Positions 48,544-58,058 of a stretch of 64,000 nucleotides of DNA are shown here, in pieces. How positions within the stretch are numbered: position 1 is the stretch's first letter; every line of letters begins with the position of its first letter. The position numbers and the translations under genes are program-made. The notes beneath the pieces are model-generated. The model was not told where the DNA came from. It ran no database searches and worked only from the letters and a program-made list of their open reading frames with translations. This stretch comes from a virus. The DNA lies in the IMG/VR virus record IMGVR_UViG_3300022188_000229, positions 1-64,000 of that record. One strand, written 5' to 3'.

Positions 48544-48792
48544 ATGGAAGATAAGAAAGAATTAACCCCTGAAGAGTGGGAAGTTGAAGTAAAAGCTAGA
48601 CTTAATGAGTTTATAGATAATTTCCTTAGTGTATCTAAGGAATGTAATATGGCAACCAAGTATTTTCATCCTGAACAGGAGGTTTTTGAAACTCATATTG
48701 AGTATGACAAGTCAAAAACTAACGGGGCAGAGCTTAGGGTAGTTTTTAATTTTGTTGAAGATTTTGATCTATCTTCAATGAGTTTTACCTAA
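48544..48792 (+). CDS. acidic hypothetical protein
   Basis: 82 aa, RBS aaggag. Confidence 0.55.
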   Translation: MEDKKELTPEEWEVEVKARLNEFIDNFLSVSKECNMATKYFHPEQEVFETHIEYDKSKTNGAELRVVFNFVEDFDLSSMSFT

Positions 48793-48824
48793 TTATTTAA
48801 CCTCGTATATAGTAGGAGTAGCAT

Positions 48825-49379
48825 ATGAAAAAGGGAACCATTTATTTTAGAGATGGGGATTTAATTGCGAAAAGTGGCGAGACACGGGTGTATACAATGA
48901 ATGATGAACTCTTCATGGAGTCACAAAGAGGTAATTTAATATCAGCAGAGCAAGATCTTAGTGATTATATTTGGCAAATAAATAATAAGCCCTTTGGTAA
49001 TTGTTTAGTTGTAGGTTTAGGACTAGGAGTTGCTGCTAGATATATTCTCTCTTTAAATAGAGTGAATAAAGTAACTGTTGTAGAAGAAGATAGGAGTGTT
49101 ATTAGAGCACAAGTAGATGCAGTTCCTATTAGTGATGATAGACTAACTATAATAAACAAAGAGTTCTTGTCTTTTCTTTATAGAACTAGAGAGAAGTTTG
49201 ATTTTATCTTTATTGATTGTTATAATAAAATTGATGAAGACACCTTCCCAATAGTTGCCGATATTGCTGCAGCCAGTAAATCAGCCCTAGCGAAGGATGG
49301 AATTCTTATAGGATGGTTAGATAATAGTACCCCTGAGATATTTATTGATGCATTTTATGGGTTATTTACACTTCATTAG
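48825..49379 (+). CDS. spermidine synthase-like SAM-binding protein
   Basis: 'CLVVGLGLG', 'VTVVE', 'FDFIFID'. Confidence 0.75.
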   Translation: MKKGTIYFRDGDLIAKSGETRVYTMNDELFMESQRGNLISAEQDLSDYIWQINNKPFGNCLVVGLGLGVAARYILSLNRVNKVTVVEEDRSVIRAQVDAVPISDDRLTIINKEFLSFLYRTREKFDFIFIDCYNKIDEDTFPIVADIAAASKSALAKDGILIGWLDNSTPEIFIDAFYGLFTLH

Positions 49380-49391
49380 GAGGTCCCCAAC

Positions 49392-49775
49392 ATGGACACT
49401 TATGATATATTAATTGTAGACGATGATCCAGAAGTCGCTGCACTTTATGAGGCTTTTATGGAATTAATGCCTTATTCTTTTAAAGTGGTTACTTCAGGAG
49501 AGGATGCATTAGAGTTACTTAAAAGTATTAAATTTACTGTGTTTATATTAGATATAGATTTAGGGTACAACGTCATGACAGGGGTTGACCTCAGCATTAA
49601 GATTAAAGACATGCAACAAGATGCTAAAGTGTATGCATTAACTGGCCACGCTGTAATCTTTGATGGGTTTGATCCATCAATAGCGGGCTTTGATGAAGTT
49701 TTTAGTAAACCATTAGGCTATAAAAGTTTAATCATTTTACTAAAAGATATACTAGGCGATAGAATTAATAAATAG
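49392..49775 (+). CDS. stand-alone response regulator receiver (CheY-like)
   Basis: 'ILIVDDD', phospho-acceptor 'ILDIDL', 'ALTG', 'SKP'. Confidence 0.92.
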   Translation: MDTYDILIVDDDPEVAALYEAFMELMPYSFKVVTSGEDALELLKSIKFTVFILDIDLGYNVMTGVDLSIKIKDMQQDAKVYALTGHAVIFDGFDPSIAGFDEVFSKPLGYKSLIILLKDILGDRINK

Positions 49776-49913
49776 TTTTATTGGGAGTTGATTCATATTA
49801 AGGTGTAGGTGTGCCACCACTCACTGAACCGGTATTAAATTAATTCCCTATCCCCGTAACCATTAGGTTATGATAATCAAGTTTAACAAAAATTAAAAGG
49901 AGGAAATTTGACT

Positions 49914-51722
49914 ATGGCTCTATTTGGAGTTGAAAATGGAGTACGAATAGAAACCTCAGATGGTAGTGCTGATTTGCTATTTGGTGTAACTGACCCTTCT
50001 GTATCCGGTAAGGCAGCCCCCGAGGGCTCTCTATATCTACGATCTACTGGTGTGTCTTATAAGAAGACAGGCCCTGGTGATCATGATTGGGAGTTAGCCT
50101 CACAAGCTGAAGGCGCGGCTATTGGTTATATTTTTATAACTGAAGTCACTAATGCTGGTAATATAGGAACAGAATCCTATGTTGCTAACACCGTACCTGC
50201 TGATACAGTTTTGACAGAATGCACTACAGATACAACAGATGTTACTATTGCGTTCCTTGCGGAACCCGCTGGTTTCTATAGCCCTACTCTTTCAATTAGT
50301 GGAACCAACTGTACAAATTTAGCCCAGTACGGAGACGATAGGCGTCTTTTTAGTGGGTCTATTGACGTTACTTTGACGTGTGCAGCTGGTGAATATCAAG
50401 ACTTTATAGTTGAGAGTTCCACTGGTCAGAGTACTTCAGTTAGAATAAATCGAGCTGGCGCAGGCCCAGAGATTAATGCTATTGTATTTGGAGCATATCC
50501 TGGAGTACAGACAGACCTAAAAAATAACGACCAGATTGGCGTAACTGTTACGGTTGCTAATGATGCTTCGTCCGTATGGATAGAAGCTGATAAAGCATCT
50601 AAAACATTAGTCAATTTGACATTAGGCGCAGTAGATGGTGCAGGTGCTGGTTACAGAAATGCAACTGGTACAATAACTATTTCTACTATAGCCTCAAATT
50701 CACCAGTGGATGCCCAGGCAGAAAATGCTTTGGGAACTAGAGGAAGTGTATTCACTTCTGCTAACCTGAGTATTGATCAGGTTTATCCTACCATCACATT
50801 TAACTCTATAACGTACCCAGCAACACAGGGTGCACTTAAAAATAGTGAGACTGCTGATGTAAATGTTTCTGTGACCAATTGGACACCTGGAACTGATGAT
50901 ATTACTTATAGCAATCCACTAAGTCAACTTTCTATTCCGAGTACTACTACTTACGCTCAAACAAAAGTTGTTACTAGAATTGCTGGAGATTACAACGTAA
51001 CTTCCAACAACTATAGTATCTCTGCTACTAAGGTAAATAATGCTGCAACTAGTTCTTCTAGTTGGAATGTTAAAATTGCCAATGTCTTAGCACAACTGAC
51101 TGTTGTTGAGCCAGCAGCTAGACTTAGGACAGGAAGTACTGGATTTTCTAACGTTGGTCTTACCAACGCTGCTTCTACAGCAGAACACACAATTACTCTT
51201 GTATCTAACCAGACATTGTCTGCGGTACCAACACTTGCTAACCCAGGTGCTGGCACAGGTACTTGGAAGAATGGTTCTTTTAGTAATATAAGTGCCATGA
51301 AATCATTTACTAATGTGATGCAGGTACCTGATAGTAGTACACGTGGTACACATTCTTGGGGAGCAATTAGTGGTACTAATCTCTCTGGTATGGTTACTTC
51401 AGCTATTACAGGTAGCACTACTTATGTTATTGGTGGTTTCTTAGCTCGATACTACGAGATAATTCTTGGACAGAACTCAAGTTCTGGAGCAACTGAAGTC
51501 ACTACCTATACTAAATTTACACTAGACTGGCAGTATACGAATGGGGATGGGCAGATCAAATCCCTCAGTCGTGCTGCAGCAGTCAATACTGCGCCACCTG
51601 TTACGAGTCAGTATACTATTGATGCTGTTGATGGTAATCCCACCAACTTTATCATTATAGATACCGCTGCGACTCAGGGACAGACGGTAAATAGCGCAAT
51701 ACGTGTAGAGGAGGCTGTGTAA
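49914..51722 (+). CDS. probable virion structural protein (Thr/Ser/Ala-rich, beta-rich)
   Basis: Composition, plus 'APEGSLYLRS.G..Y.K.G....W' typical of tail/fibre N-termini. Confidence 0.55.
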   Translation: MALFGVENGVRIETSDGSADLLFGVTDPSVSGKAAPEGSLYLRSTGVSYKKTGPGDHDWELASQAEGAAIGYIFITEVTNAGNIGTESYVANTVPADTVLTECTTDTTDVTIAFLAEPAGFYSPTLSISGTNCTNLAQYGDDRRLFSGSIDVTLTCAAGEYQDFIVESSTGQSTSVRINRAGAGPEINAIVFGAYPGVQTDLKNNDQIGVTVTVANDASSVWIEADKASKTLVNLTLGAVDGAGAGYRNATGTITISTIASNSPVDAQAENALGTRGSVFTSANLSIDQVYPTITFNSITYPATQGALKNSETADVNVSVTNWTPGTDDITYSNPLSQLSIPSTTTYAQTKVVTRIAGDYNVTSNNYSISATKVNNAATSSSSWNVKIANVLAQLTVVEPAARLRTGSTGFSNVGLTNAASTAEHTITLVSNQTLSAVPTLANPGAGTGTWKNGSFSNISAMKSFTNVMQVPDSSTRGTHSWGAISGTNLSGMVTSAITGSTTYVIGGFLARYYEIILGQNSSSGATEVTTYTKFTLDWQYTNGDGQIKSLSRAAAVNTAPPVTSQYTIDAVDGNPTNFIIIDTAATQGQTVNSAIRVEEAV

Positions 51723-51723
51723 T

Positions 51724-52290
51724 ATGGCATCTATAGATGGTAACGCGTTTGAGACTGAGCGTAGGTTTATTCAGCTTAAATTTAATACGAACATGCCTGA
51801 TTCCAGTACTTTGGGATACGATGGCAACCCAAATTCAGTAACCAATGGAGCTAATGGTGGTGAGACTTTAATTTATAATGTCGCATTAGGTGCTAGTTTC
51901 TTGCAGAGTAGCGGGGCTCTTTGGTTTAAGAAGTCTCTTCCAAATACTTGGGTTGAACTTGGGGGAAGTACAACTGTTGCAAGTAATATTGTTTCTTATG
52001 TTATTCCAGCTGGTAATACACAGCTGTTTTATACATTAGATTTAGCAAATAATCAGAACTTTGATTTTATAGTTGATACTGTACATGGGACAGACAGAAG
52101 TTTAGCTAAGGTATCTGTACTTTGGTCTGACCCCTCAATGGAACAAAATGAGTATAGTTTTCTAGGACATAACATTCATATAGATATAGTAGCTTCGGAA
52201 AGTGGTGGAAATTGTTTACTCAATATCACAAATAATGAAGCAACTGATGTCACCGTTATTGTCAAAGTGGACGCATTCAATGCTTTATAG
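51724..52290 (+). CDS. probable virion structural protein
   Basis: Coupled to the previous gene, followed by a terminator. Confidence 0.45.
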   Translation: MASIDGNAFETERRFIQLKFNTNMPDSSTLGYDGNPNSVTNGANGGETLIYNVALGASFLQSSGALWFKKSLPNTWVELGGSTTVASNIVSYVIPAGNTQLFYTLDLANNQNFDFIVDTVHGTDRSLAKVSVLWSDPSMEQNEYSFLGHNIHIDIVASESGGNCLLNITNNEATDVTVIVKVDAFNAL

Positions 52291-52305
52291 CAAATAATAA
52301 AACGT

Positions 52306-52330
52306 AAACCTACCTTTCGGGGTAGGTTTT
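52306..52330 (+). terminator. Rho-independent terminator
   Basis: AAACCTACCT-TTCG-GGGTAGGTTTT. Confidence 0.8.
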
Positions 52331-52344
52331 ACATAAGGCACAAT

Positions 52345-53037
52345 ATGTATAGAAAAGTAAAATATGAGTACGTTAAAAATTCTTTCGAAAAGGAAGGGTA
52401 TATACTTATTAGTAAGGAGTATATAAATAATTCTAGTAAACTTGAATATGTTTGTCCTCAAAATCATAACCATTCTATAGTTTGGCATGCTTGGGTGAAT
52501 GGGAAGAGGTGCCCTTATTGTTCTCGAAAAGCTAAACCAACTTTAGAGCAAGTTAAAAAATCTTTTGCTTTAGAAAATTATACTCTATTGAGTACTGAAT
52601 ATATCAACAATAGCACATCACTTGAGTATATTTGTTCTTATGGTCACAAACATAGTATAAGTTGGGGTCATTGGGAAAGTCATAAACGTCGCTGTCCAAC
52701 ATGCAGATACATTAATAATTCTGGGGCAGATAATTTTAATTGGAAAGGTGGGATATCATTTGAACCTTATTGTGAAGCATGGAAAGACAGAGAATACAAA
52801 CAAGATATAAGAGATCGTGATGGTAATAGATGCTTAAATCCGTACTGTGATTCTCCTAATAGAAATGATTTAACTATTCATCATATTGATTATGATAAGA
52901 AGAATTGTAGACCAAGTAATTTAATAACTGTATGTAGGTCATGTAATTCAAAAGCTAACACAGATAGAAAATGGCATAGATATTGGTACAACTCAATTAT
53001 TAATAGGAGGTATAATTATGGGTACAATAAAGATTAA
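52345..53037 (+). CDS. HNH homing endonuclease with two N-terminal zinc-ribbon repeats
   Basis: Twice 'EYINNS..LEY.C...H.HSI.W..W....RCP.C'; 'HHIDYDKKNC...NLITVCRSCN'. Confidence 0.88.
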   Translation: MYRKVKYEYVKNSFEKEGYILISKEYINNSSKLEYVCPQNHNHSIVWHAWVNGKRCPYCSRKAKPTLEQVKKSFALENYTLLSTEYINNSTSLEYICSYGHKHSISWGHWESHKRRCPTCRYINNSGADNFNWKGGISFEPYCEAWKDREYKQDIRDRDGNRCLNPYCDSPNRNDLTIHHIDYDKKNCRPSNLITVCRSCNSKANTDRKWHRYWYNSIINRRYNYGYNKD

Positions 53038-53191
53038 CACATTAAAAGGTTTGATAGCCAAAGCTAATAGGGTGATGGGTATTAAGAAAAAAAGACCAAA
53101 GAAACATGTAGCTAAAAAACCTAACAAAAAGACTAAGGAGACTCCTATTGAATCAGATAAAGAGTCGCATATAATAGACATCACTATATAA
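53018..53191 (+). CDS. small Lys-rich protein (57 aa, not in the ORF track)
   Basis: RBS aggaggt; MGTIKINTLKGLIAKANRVMGIKKKRPKKH... Confidence 0.6.
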   Translation: MGTIKINTLKGLIAKANRVMGIKKKRPKKHVAKKPNKKTKETPIESDKESHIIDITI

Positions 53192-53200
53192 AGGTGGTAC

Positions 53201-53779
53201 ATGAATCTAACTGACGTTCAAGATGAGGCAGCTAAATGTAATATGTGTGGACTAGCAAAGAACAGGCAAGTACCTGTATTTGCTAAAGGGAATCCTTACT
53301 CTAAGATATTAATTTGTGGTATGTGTCCTGGTCCTGATGAGAATCATCCTAAGAATGAGATGGGGTGGCCCTTTGTGGGTAGATCAGGGAAGCTTTTGGA
53401 TCATATATTAGAGGATACTACTTTAACACAGCGTGATGTATACATAACTAATATAGTTAAATGTTTCTTGAAACCAGGACTTCGGTTAGATGAAAGATGT
53501 ATAGATAGATGTTTACCTTATTTAATAGAACAGATAGGGGCTATTGAACCTAAGGTTGTTCTAGCTTTAGGAGCAGATGCCGGCAGAGCGTTGTTAAATA
53601 AACCAATGTCAACCTCACTGTCTTCTATGAGAGGTAAAAGATATAAGTTCACAGAAAGCATAAGTATTATAGTAACATATCATCCCTCGTATTTTTTACG
53701 GCAGGGTGGTAGAAAACACGACCATTATAATAGAATAATAGACGATATAGAATGGGTAAAGGAGATCATTAATAGATGA
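53201..53779 (+). CDS. uracil-DNA glycosylase family 4 (Fe-S)
   Basis: 'CNMCGL', 'PG..E', 'PFVGRSGKLL', 'YITNIVKC', 'TYHPSY'. Confidence 0.92.
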   Translation: MNLTDVQDEAAKCNMCGLAKNRQVPVFAKGNPYSKILICGMCPGPDENHPKNEMGWPFVGRSGKLLDHILEDTTLTQRDVYITNIVKCFLKPGLRLDERCIDRCLPYLIEQIGAIEPKVVLALGADAGRALLNKPMSTSLSSMRGKRYKFTESISIIVTYHPSYFLRQGGRKHDHYNRIIDDIEWVKEIINR

Positions 53780-53794
53780 TTAAATTACTACATC

Positions 53795-53949
53795 CCAGTC
53801 ATAATTGGACTGGACGCTAGCTATCTATATAACTAGCATATTTTCCCTTTAGCGATCACTTGTTTCTTAGAAACCGAAGTTTAAAGGGTTATCATACTCT
53901 TGATTAGGCTAGGTGGGGCGCAAAGCGGCCCCCTAGCCATAAGCTTTTT
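53795..53949 (+). ncRNA. candidate structured RNA (4-5 consecutive hairpins, the last terminator-like)
   Basis: CCAGTC/GACTGG; GCTAG/CTAGC; CCCTTTAG..ACTT.GTTTC/GAAAC.AAGT.TTAAAGGG; GGCTAGG..CCTAGCC then T run. Confidence 0.35.
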
Positions 53950-53984
53950 GATTTAAAATATAAATTAAAAGGAGAATTAATTTA

Positions 53985-54548
53985 ATGGCTAAATATACTT
54001 TGGATTTATGTACCGGAGGAACAGCTTCTTCTAATGGGCATTATTTAAGTTATGCTCCAGGTGCTGCCTTTGATAATAATATAGATAGTTTTTATCATAG
54101 AGTAGGCTTTCCTTCACAATTACAGTATGAGCTTGTTGAGCCTAGAATTATTAAAAAATATACTATTAGAGGAAGGGCTGGTGTACCAAGCCAGTCTCCT
54201 TATATATTTACATTTGAAGGATCTAATAATGCTGTAGCTTGGGATATATTAGATACACAGGTTGCTTTTAATCCTTGGAGTACTAATTTATTTCAAGAAT
54301 TTATTATTAGTAATAATACTAGTTATCTATATTACAGATTAAATATTACAAGAGCAGTAGGAGCTGGGGACAATGGCAGCGTGGCTGAGTTTGAAATGAT
54401 GGAAATGCTTGATCCAATTCCTACGTCTACAATTTATAATACTTCTTCAGTTAAAAAAAATATTAGAGGCAAAGCTGCTGAAGGTTTTATCCGCCCAACA
54501 ATTACTGAGTTTTTTACTAGTAAAGATTTTGAAGAGACGCTGAAATGA
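53985..54548 (+). CDS. discoidin/F5-8 type C domain protein
   Basis: 'AFDNN', 'FEGSNN...WDILD', 'YLYYRLNIT', 'AEFE'. Confidence 0.75.
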   Translation: MAKYTLDLCTGGTASSNGHYLSYAPGAAFDNNIDSFYHRVGFPSQLQYELVEPRIIKKYTIRGRAGVPSQSPYIFTFEGSNNAVAWDILDTQVAFNPWSTNLFQEFIISNNTSYLYYRLNITRAVGAGDNGSVAEFEMMEMLDPIPTSTIYNTSSVKKNIRGKAAEGFIRPTITEFFTSKDFEETLK

Positions 54549-54589
54549 TGGAAGGTATTTGGGAATAATAAAATTTAAGGAGAAACAAG

Positions 54590-54991
54590 ATGATCTTAGG
54601 GCCAAATGATAGTACCCTAGCTGACAATGCTAGTGAGATGAAAGACCAAAATTTTGGAGGAAACAGGGAGTTCACTGAAGGAGTCCAACAAAAAGACCAG
54701 GACTATAAGACACCTGTAGGAGGCTCATCTAATATAGAAGAGAATCCTGTAGAAGAAGTAACAAGAGACACAGACGAAATGACTGACCCAGCTATTAGAA
54801 AGAGAGAATTTTCTAGACGAGCTGAGACACAGGATCATCAGGACCATAATAAAGACAGGTTCCCTGAGTCTGAGCCAGACAACAGGCCACTAGAAGATAC
54901 TACTCCAGTAGCAGTACCTGATGATAAGTACCACGGTGATAGACTTAAGTATCATTTTGGTGAAGGCCAGTATGAGAGTGAAATGAGTTAA
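54590..54991 (+). CDS. acidic, probably disordered hypothetical protein
   Basis: D/E-rich, 133 aa. Confidence 0.55.
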   Translation: MILGPNDSTLADNASEMKDQNFGGNREFTEGVQQKDQDYKTPVGGSSNIEENPVEEVTRDTDEMTDPAIRKREFSRRAETQDHQDHNKDRFPESEPDNRPLEDTTPVAVPDDKYHGDRLKYHFGEGQYESEMS

Positions 54992-55017
54992 AATAAATTC
55001 AATAAGGAGGAATTAAT

Positions 55018-55395
55018 ATGAACTTTGATGCTAATTGGCTTTGGATTACTTTAGTTTTACCCGTAATTATAGGTATTTTTAAAAATGAGATAGGAAGATT
55101 CTTCTCAGACTATACAGTGTATAAGAATAGAGCATTTGATGCTGATGGGGACCCTGGTACTGGTCAGCACTGCTATGTACAGAGCGGAGCAACAGGAGAG
55201 TATGTAAAGGTTTATGTAGATGAGTATCAATTTGGTTTAGCCCCCAGTAAAAGGAAAATAATTACTCACCAGAAAGATCCAGACGGAGATCAGGGTAAAG
55301 TAATAATTGTACCTTACTCTTATACAATATGGGCTAGTATGGTTAAAGGTTCACTACAAAAAGAAAGAATGGATAGAGTTTTACTTAATAAATAG
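55018..55395 (+). CDS. membrane-anchored hypothetical protein
   Basis: N-terminal TM 'WLWITLVLPVIIGIF'. Confidence 0.6.
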   Translation: MNFDANWLWITLVLPVIIGIFKNEIGRFFSDYTVYKNRAFDADGDPGTGQHCYVQSGATGEYVKVYVDEYQFGLAPSKRKIITHQKDPDGDQGKVIIVPYSYTIWASMVKGSLQKERMDRVLLNK

Positions 55396-55414
55396 AATAT
55401 TATTAAATAATTAC

Positions 55415-55443
55415 TTGACAAACCTGTAGTTGTGTATTATATT
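55415..55443 (+). promoter_or_regulatory. sigma70-type promoter
   Basis: TTGACA-N17-TATATT. Confidence 0.8.
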
Positions 55444-55478
55444 ATATACATGTTTAATTAAAAGGAAAAGGATATAAA

Positions 55479-55889
55479 ATGAAAGAGCGGGAGTTAAAAA
55501 AAGAATTAAAGGGAGCTATAAAAGCTAAAGATACTTATAAGAAGGATGCTATTCGTATGATTCTTGGAGAGGTGCCTCGTCTTAACAAAAAGAAAGGCGA
55601 GGCAGTTACTGAAGATGAAATTACTAAAATTATAAGAGGACTAGTTAAATCTGAGGTCATTAGGCTTACTGCTGCTAATTATACCCATGAGAAATCCGAG
55701 TATCTTACCTATTTAAAAAGTTACCTGCCTGAGATGATGTCAGAGAAAGAAATTGAGGCTTGGATACTTGACAACATAGATTTTAGTACTTATAATAATA
55801 CTATGCAAGCAATGGGTCCTATAATGAAAGGATTAAATGGTAAGGTTGACGGTAATCTTGTTAGAGAGATACTTACAAGAAGTACTTAA
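55479..55889 (+). CDS. GatB/YqeY domain protein
   Basis: 'AIKAKD....AIRMI', 'YLPEMMSE.EI', 'MGPIMK...GKVDG..V'. Confidence 0.88.
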   Translation: MKERELKKELKGAIKAKDTYKKDAIRMILGEVPRLNKKKGEAVTEDEITKIIRGLVKSEVIRLTAANYTHEKSEYLTYLKSYLPEMMSEKEIEAWILDNIDFSTYNNTMQAMGPIMKGLNGKVDGNLVREILTRST

Positions 55890-55910
55890 TCTATAATTAA
55901 AGAGATAAAT

Positions 55911-56480
55911 ATGATTGACCCAACTAACATAACGAATTATGCATTGACTCTATTTAAGTTAGAGGAGACTCTTTTATTTTGGGTGTTGGCTGCTGGTAAG
56001 AATGGTACTACAACAGCACGTCTCCTTGATAATTTACTAATAGACATAGAGGCTGATAAGATAGGTGTATTTAATGCTTTTAGATTATATACTAAACCTA
56101 AGAGTATAGCACTTGAACTTAAGGAACATGGTATAGGATGCTATAATCAGAAAGCTAGAACTATATTTGAATTGATTCACTTAGACTTAGATTTAAAGAC
56201 ATGTACCGCAGAGGCTTTAGAACTGGTTCATGGAATTGGTATGAAGACTTCGCGTTGCTTCCTTATCCACTCACGAGAGAATATTCAGTACGCCGGAATT
56301 GACACCCACATGTTAAAAAATCTAAGAGTAAACGGTATAGAAGGTGTGCCTAAAACTACACCTACTAGTAAGAAGCTATACAGACGACTAGAGTTGGAAG
56401 TCCTGAGACTTTCAAGGGAAGCTGGACTCACTCCAGCCCAATATGATTTAGGTGTATGGAATACATACGCCGTAAAGTAA
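55911..56480 (+). CDS. HhH DNA glycosylase/lyase (8-oxoguanine glycosylase-like)
   Basis: 'VHGIGMKTSRCFL', 'IDTHML', 'Y..LE', 'DL.VW'. Confidence 0.75.
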   Translation: MIDPTNITNYALTLFKLEETLLFWVLAAGKNGTTTARLLDNLLIDIEADKIGVFNAFRLYTKPKSIALELKEHGIGCYNQKARTIFELIHLDLDLKTCTAEALELVHGIGMKTSRCFLIHSRENIQYAGIDTHMLKNLRVNGIEGVPKTTPTSKKLYRRLELEVLRLSREAGLTPAQYDLGVWNTYAVK

Positions 56481-56490
56481 GGAGAAGTAT

Positions 56491-57612
56491 ATGTTTTCAG
56501 GAAGATACCCACAGAAAGAAAGAAAAGCTAAATTATTCCCATTTGGATTACCTACAGCGAAGAAAGTAAGTGTCATTGATGATCCAAACAATTTTTTGGC
56601 GGGAAAAGAGAAGTTTAAAGAATTATTGGTAACCAATAATGTTTGTAGTAAAGAATATCTTGTAGCTATTAGAGATCAGAAGAACTTTGATGGTTCTTTG
56701 AAGGGAATTTTTAGTATGCATGTTGATGAGTTTCCTCTCACTAGATTGAGGTCAGATGGTATCTATAATAGAACTGTTAAAGGTACAACTAAAGAGAAAG
56801 TTAAAAAAGGGTTCGATACCTTTGGGGGTTTTGAACTTAACTCAGCAATTTTTGTAGACGTAGACTCTATAGATGCTTATGGTACTTTTGAGATAATTGA
56901 TGGTCAAAATAGACAGGCTGTAGCAGTAGAAGAAGGTTACACTACTGTTCCAGTTATATTCTATAAGTTCTACGCAGAAAAAGCTAAGCATGAGTTCTAT
57001 GAGATGTTGAATCTATGTAAGTCCTCTGTTAATAAGAAAGGAGAAATCCATCTTAAGGCAATTCAGGGATTTGCTGGTCCTAGATTAGCTTATAGAGCGT
57101 ACAAGAATGAAAATTATATTCATCTGTTTCATAAAATTGAACTAGAGAAGTACATAGACATTGATACACGTGAAGTGTTATCTGGTCCGACAAGTATTGG
57201 TGGAATTACAATTACTTACCCACAGTTCTGTCACGCAGTTAATGCGGCTGTTTTTCTAAAGAGTGAAGAGAGCAAAGAAAAAACTGTTGGGTCGTTTAAT
57301 TATAGAATATCTACCACACCGGAGGAAGAGATTCTTGAGAAAGTAAATGACATGATGGGCATGTATGTGGAATGTTTAGACTATAAAACTGATAGTATCT
57401 TGAGGGCATTCTTTTCCTTTTATGTTAAGTTGCACAAGCAACACCCTGAGGTGTTCATGAGAGCTAAAGAACTTGAGAGAGTTAAAAAGCAGCTCATGAG
57501 TATAGACCGTAAAGATATTTTATCTATAAAAGGACGTGATAGTAGAAAAGAAGTACGTAAATTGTACGAAAGTGCTTATAATTTTAGAAGACAAAAAAAC
57601 ATATTAGTGTAA
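56491..57612 (+). CDS. ParB/Srx-like protein with DGQHR-type motif
   Basis: 'FEIIDGQNR..A'. Confidence 0.55.
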   Translation: MFSGRYPQKERKAKLFPFGLPTAKKVSVIDDPNNFLAGKEKFKELLVTNNVCSKEYLVAIRDQKNFDGSLKGIFSMHVDEFPLTRLRSDGIYNRTVKGTTKEKVKKGFDTFGGFELNSAIFVDVDSIDAYGTFEIIDGQNRQAVAVEEGYTTVPVIFYKFYAEKAKHEFYEMLNLCKSSVNKKGEIHLKAIQGFAGPRLAYRAYKNENYIHLFHKIELEKYIDIDTREVLSGPTSIGGITITYPQFCHAVNAAVFLKSEESKEKTVGSFNYRISTTPEEEILEKVNDMMGMYVECLDYKTDSILRAFFSFYVKLHKQHPEVFMRAKELERVKKQLMSIDRKDILSIKGRDSRKEVRKLYESAYNFRRQKNILV

Positions 57613-57622
57613 AGGAGTATTA

Positions 57623-58012
57623 ATGATAGACTTTGAGAGTGCTTTGTATAGGGTAGTTTTTGATATAAGTAATAGTGCTCAAAAAGTAGTATGGGAGTCT
57701 GAATGGGGTCTACAGTTGGTAGACCCCATCAAACCTAGAAGTAAAAAATGGATTTATTTAATAGAGACCAACGAGTTACACCGTATAAAGATCGGAGTAA
57801 CTCGCTTCTCTAAATCTAGGTCAAGCTCTGTTGGAAACACTGTTGCTGATATAAGTGTGTTTAAACTAATACTACTTAATGAGAATTTAATTTCTGAAGA
57901 TGATCTACATTATTTGTTTAAAAAATATAATTATAAAGGGGAATTTCATTATAAAGAATGGCCATTAGAGTATTTTATTGATACTTTAAATAAAAAGTTC
58001 TTGACAAACTAA
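57623..58012 (+). CDS. GIY-YIG/T5orf172-like nuclease
   Basis: 'IYLIE.....IKIGVT', 'E..LH..F', 'GEF'. Confidence 0.6.
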   Translation: MIDFESALYRVVFDISNSAQKVVWESEWGLQLVDPIKPRSKKWIYLIETNELHRIKIGVTRFSKSRSSSVGNTVADISVFKLILLNENLISEDDLHYLFKKYNYKGEFHYKEWPLEYFIDTLNKKFLTN

Positions 58013-58028
58013 AAATAGTACATATATT
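58001..58028 (+). promoter_or_regulatory. sigma70-type promoter
   Basis: TTGACA-N16-TATATT. Confidence 0.78.
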
Positions 58029-58058
58029 ATGTAAACAATTTAATCAGATAGGAGAATT

